In this document: piece by piece, positions 63,667 through 64,000 of the stretch
How positions within the stretch are numbered: the first letter of the stretch is position 1
Layout of the letters: each line of letters opens with the position of its first letter
From: Minisyncoccota bacterium
Lineage (GTDB): Bacteria; Patescibacteriota; Minisyncoccia; Phycocordibacterales; Phycocordibacteraceae
Assembly: GCA_041664265.1 (NCBI GenBank)
Contig: JBAYLD010000001.1
Coordinates: forward strand, 40,051-104,050
Reading direction: 5' to 3'
DNA length: 64,000 bases
Translations under genes and position numbers: made by a program
Notes under the pieces: generated by a model
The model's input: the letters and a program-made list of their open reading frames with translations, nothing else
Told to the model about the DNA's origin: nothing
Database searches by the model: none

Positions 63667-64000
63667 TGCCAACACCCGTAAATAAGGTCTTATTTCGAGG
63701 AAAGGTCCAGCGGCGCGACTTGGGCACACCACTCCTTCAGGCACCTGGCGATGCGGTGCTCGTCGAGAGAGGCAAACCCAGGCTGTTGATTCTTCGCTGT
63801 CCCTGTGGTTGCGGTGACGACCTGCTCGTCAATCTCGACAGGCGGACCGGAAAGGCATGGTATCTCTATCGAAGTCGGAAGGGACTGAGTCTGTATCCGT
63901 CATATTGGCGAGACGACGGCTGCGGCTCCCATTTCATTGTATGGAACGACCACATCTATTGGTGTCGCGGCTGGGGGGCTGACGAAAGCGATGATTGGCA
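63666..64000 (+). CDS. Cys-rich small protein (CPCGCGD...CGSH...C), truncated at the window end
   Basis: Hand-translated from the ATG overlapping the upstream TGA: MPTPVNKVLFRGKVQRRDL...RCPCGCGDDLLVNLD...DGCGSHFIVWNDHIYWCRGW. No stop before the window end. Confidence 0.3.
   Translation, partial: MPTPVNKVLFRGKVQRRDLGTPLLQAPGDAVLVERGKPRLLILRCPCGCGDDLLVNLDRRTGKAWYLYRSRKGLSLYPSYWRDDGCGSHFIVWNDHIYWCRGWGADESDDW

Overview
This is a 64-kb window with mixed GC content from a small-genome bacterium. The minimal 489-aa IF-2 and a compact glycerate-to-PEP module hint at a Patescibacteria/CPR-like lineage, but that is an inference, not proven. About half of the window is conserved chromosome; the rest is two tRNA-anchored acquired islands plus a partial ubiquitin-like operon at the right edge. 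Chromosomal core genes: FNR-like oxidoreductase, mltG, pyrC, pyrD, an M32 carboxypeptidase, an ABC-F ATPase, an AI-2E transporter, a CPA2/RCK antiporter, then (after island 1) a NitT/TauT-type ABC permease and ATPase, pyrG, ftsX, ftsE, an N-terminally minimal prfB, tRNA-Thr (two), a SemiSWEET, a cupin, an M14-like peptidase, tRNA-Asp, tRNA-Met, an RNHCP protein, glycerate kinase, ppsA, eno, a D-2-hydroxyacid dehydrogenase, short infB, rbfA, tRNA-Cys and tRNA-Leu. Island 1 (about 10.3-24.5 kb) sits at tRNA-Gln next to a large serine recombinase. It carries a P4/D5-type primase-helicase-like gene, two secreted Cys-rich proteins behind a structured leader, a CglI/NgoAVII-type restriction system (m5C methyltransferase, PLD-family R protein, helicase/Z1 H protein) and an RloC-like zinc-hook ATPase. 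Island 2 (about 43.1-59.3 kb) sits at tRNA-Leu next to a tyrosine integrase and excisionase. It is compositionally composite: an AT-rich block holds a 5-gene operon of unknown function (DUF, HAD hydrolase, two paralogous unknowns, TrpF-like isomerase), and a convergent putative RiPP cluster (unannotated 45-aa Cys-rich precursor, radical-SAM/SPASM maturase, HExxH protein). Further right lie ICE-like remnants (DUF932-like, RadC/JAB, Cas4-like nuclease, TraD/VirD4-like ATPase), a lipoprotein and a small serine recombinase. The right edge encodes a bacterial ubiquitin-like conjugation operon (multiubiquitin, E2-like, JAB-E1 fusion, kinase-fold protein, partial CxxC protein). Two families of short palindromic elements are inserted in-frame inside the glycerate kinase and enolase genes. 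No CRISPR array and no rRNA were seen. All calls rest on motif and pattern recognition, with no database searches.
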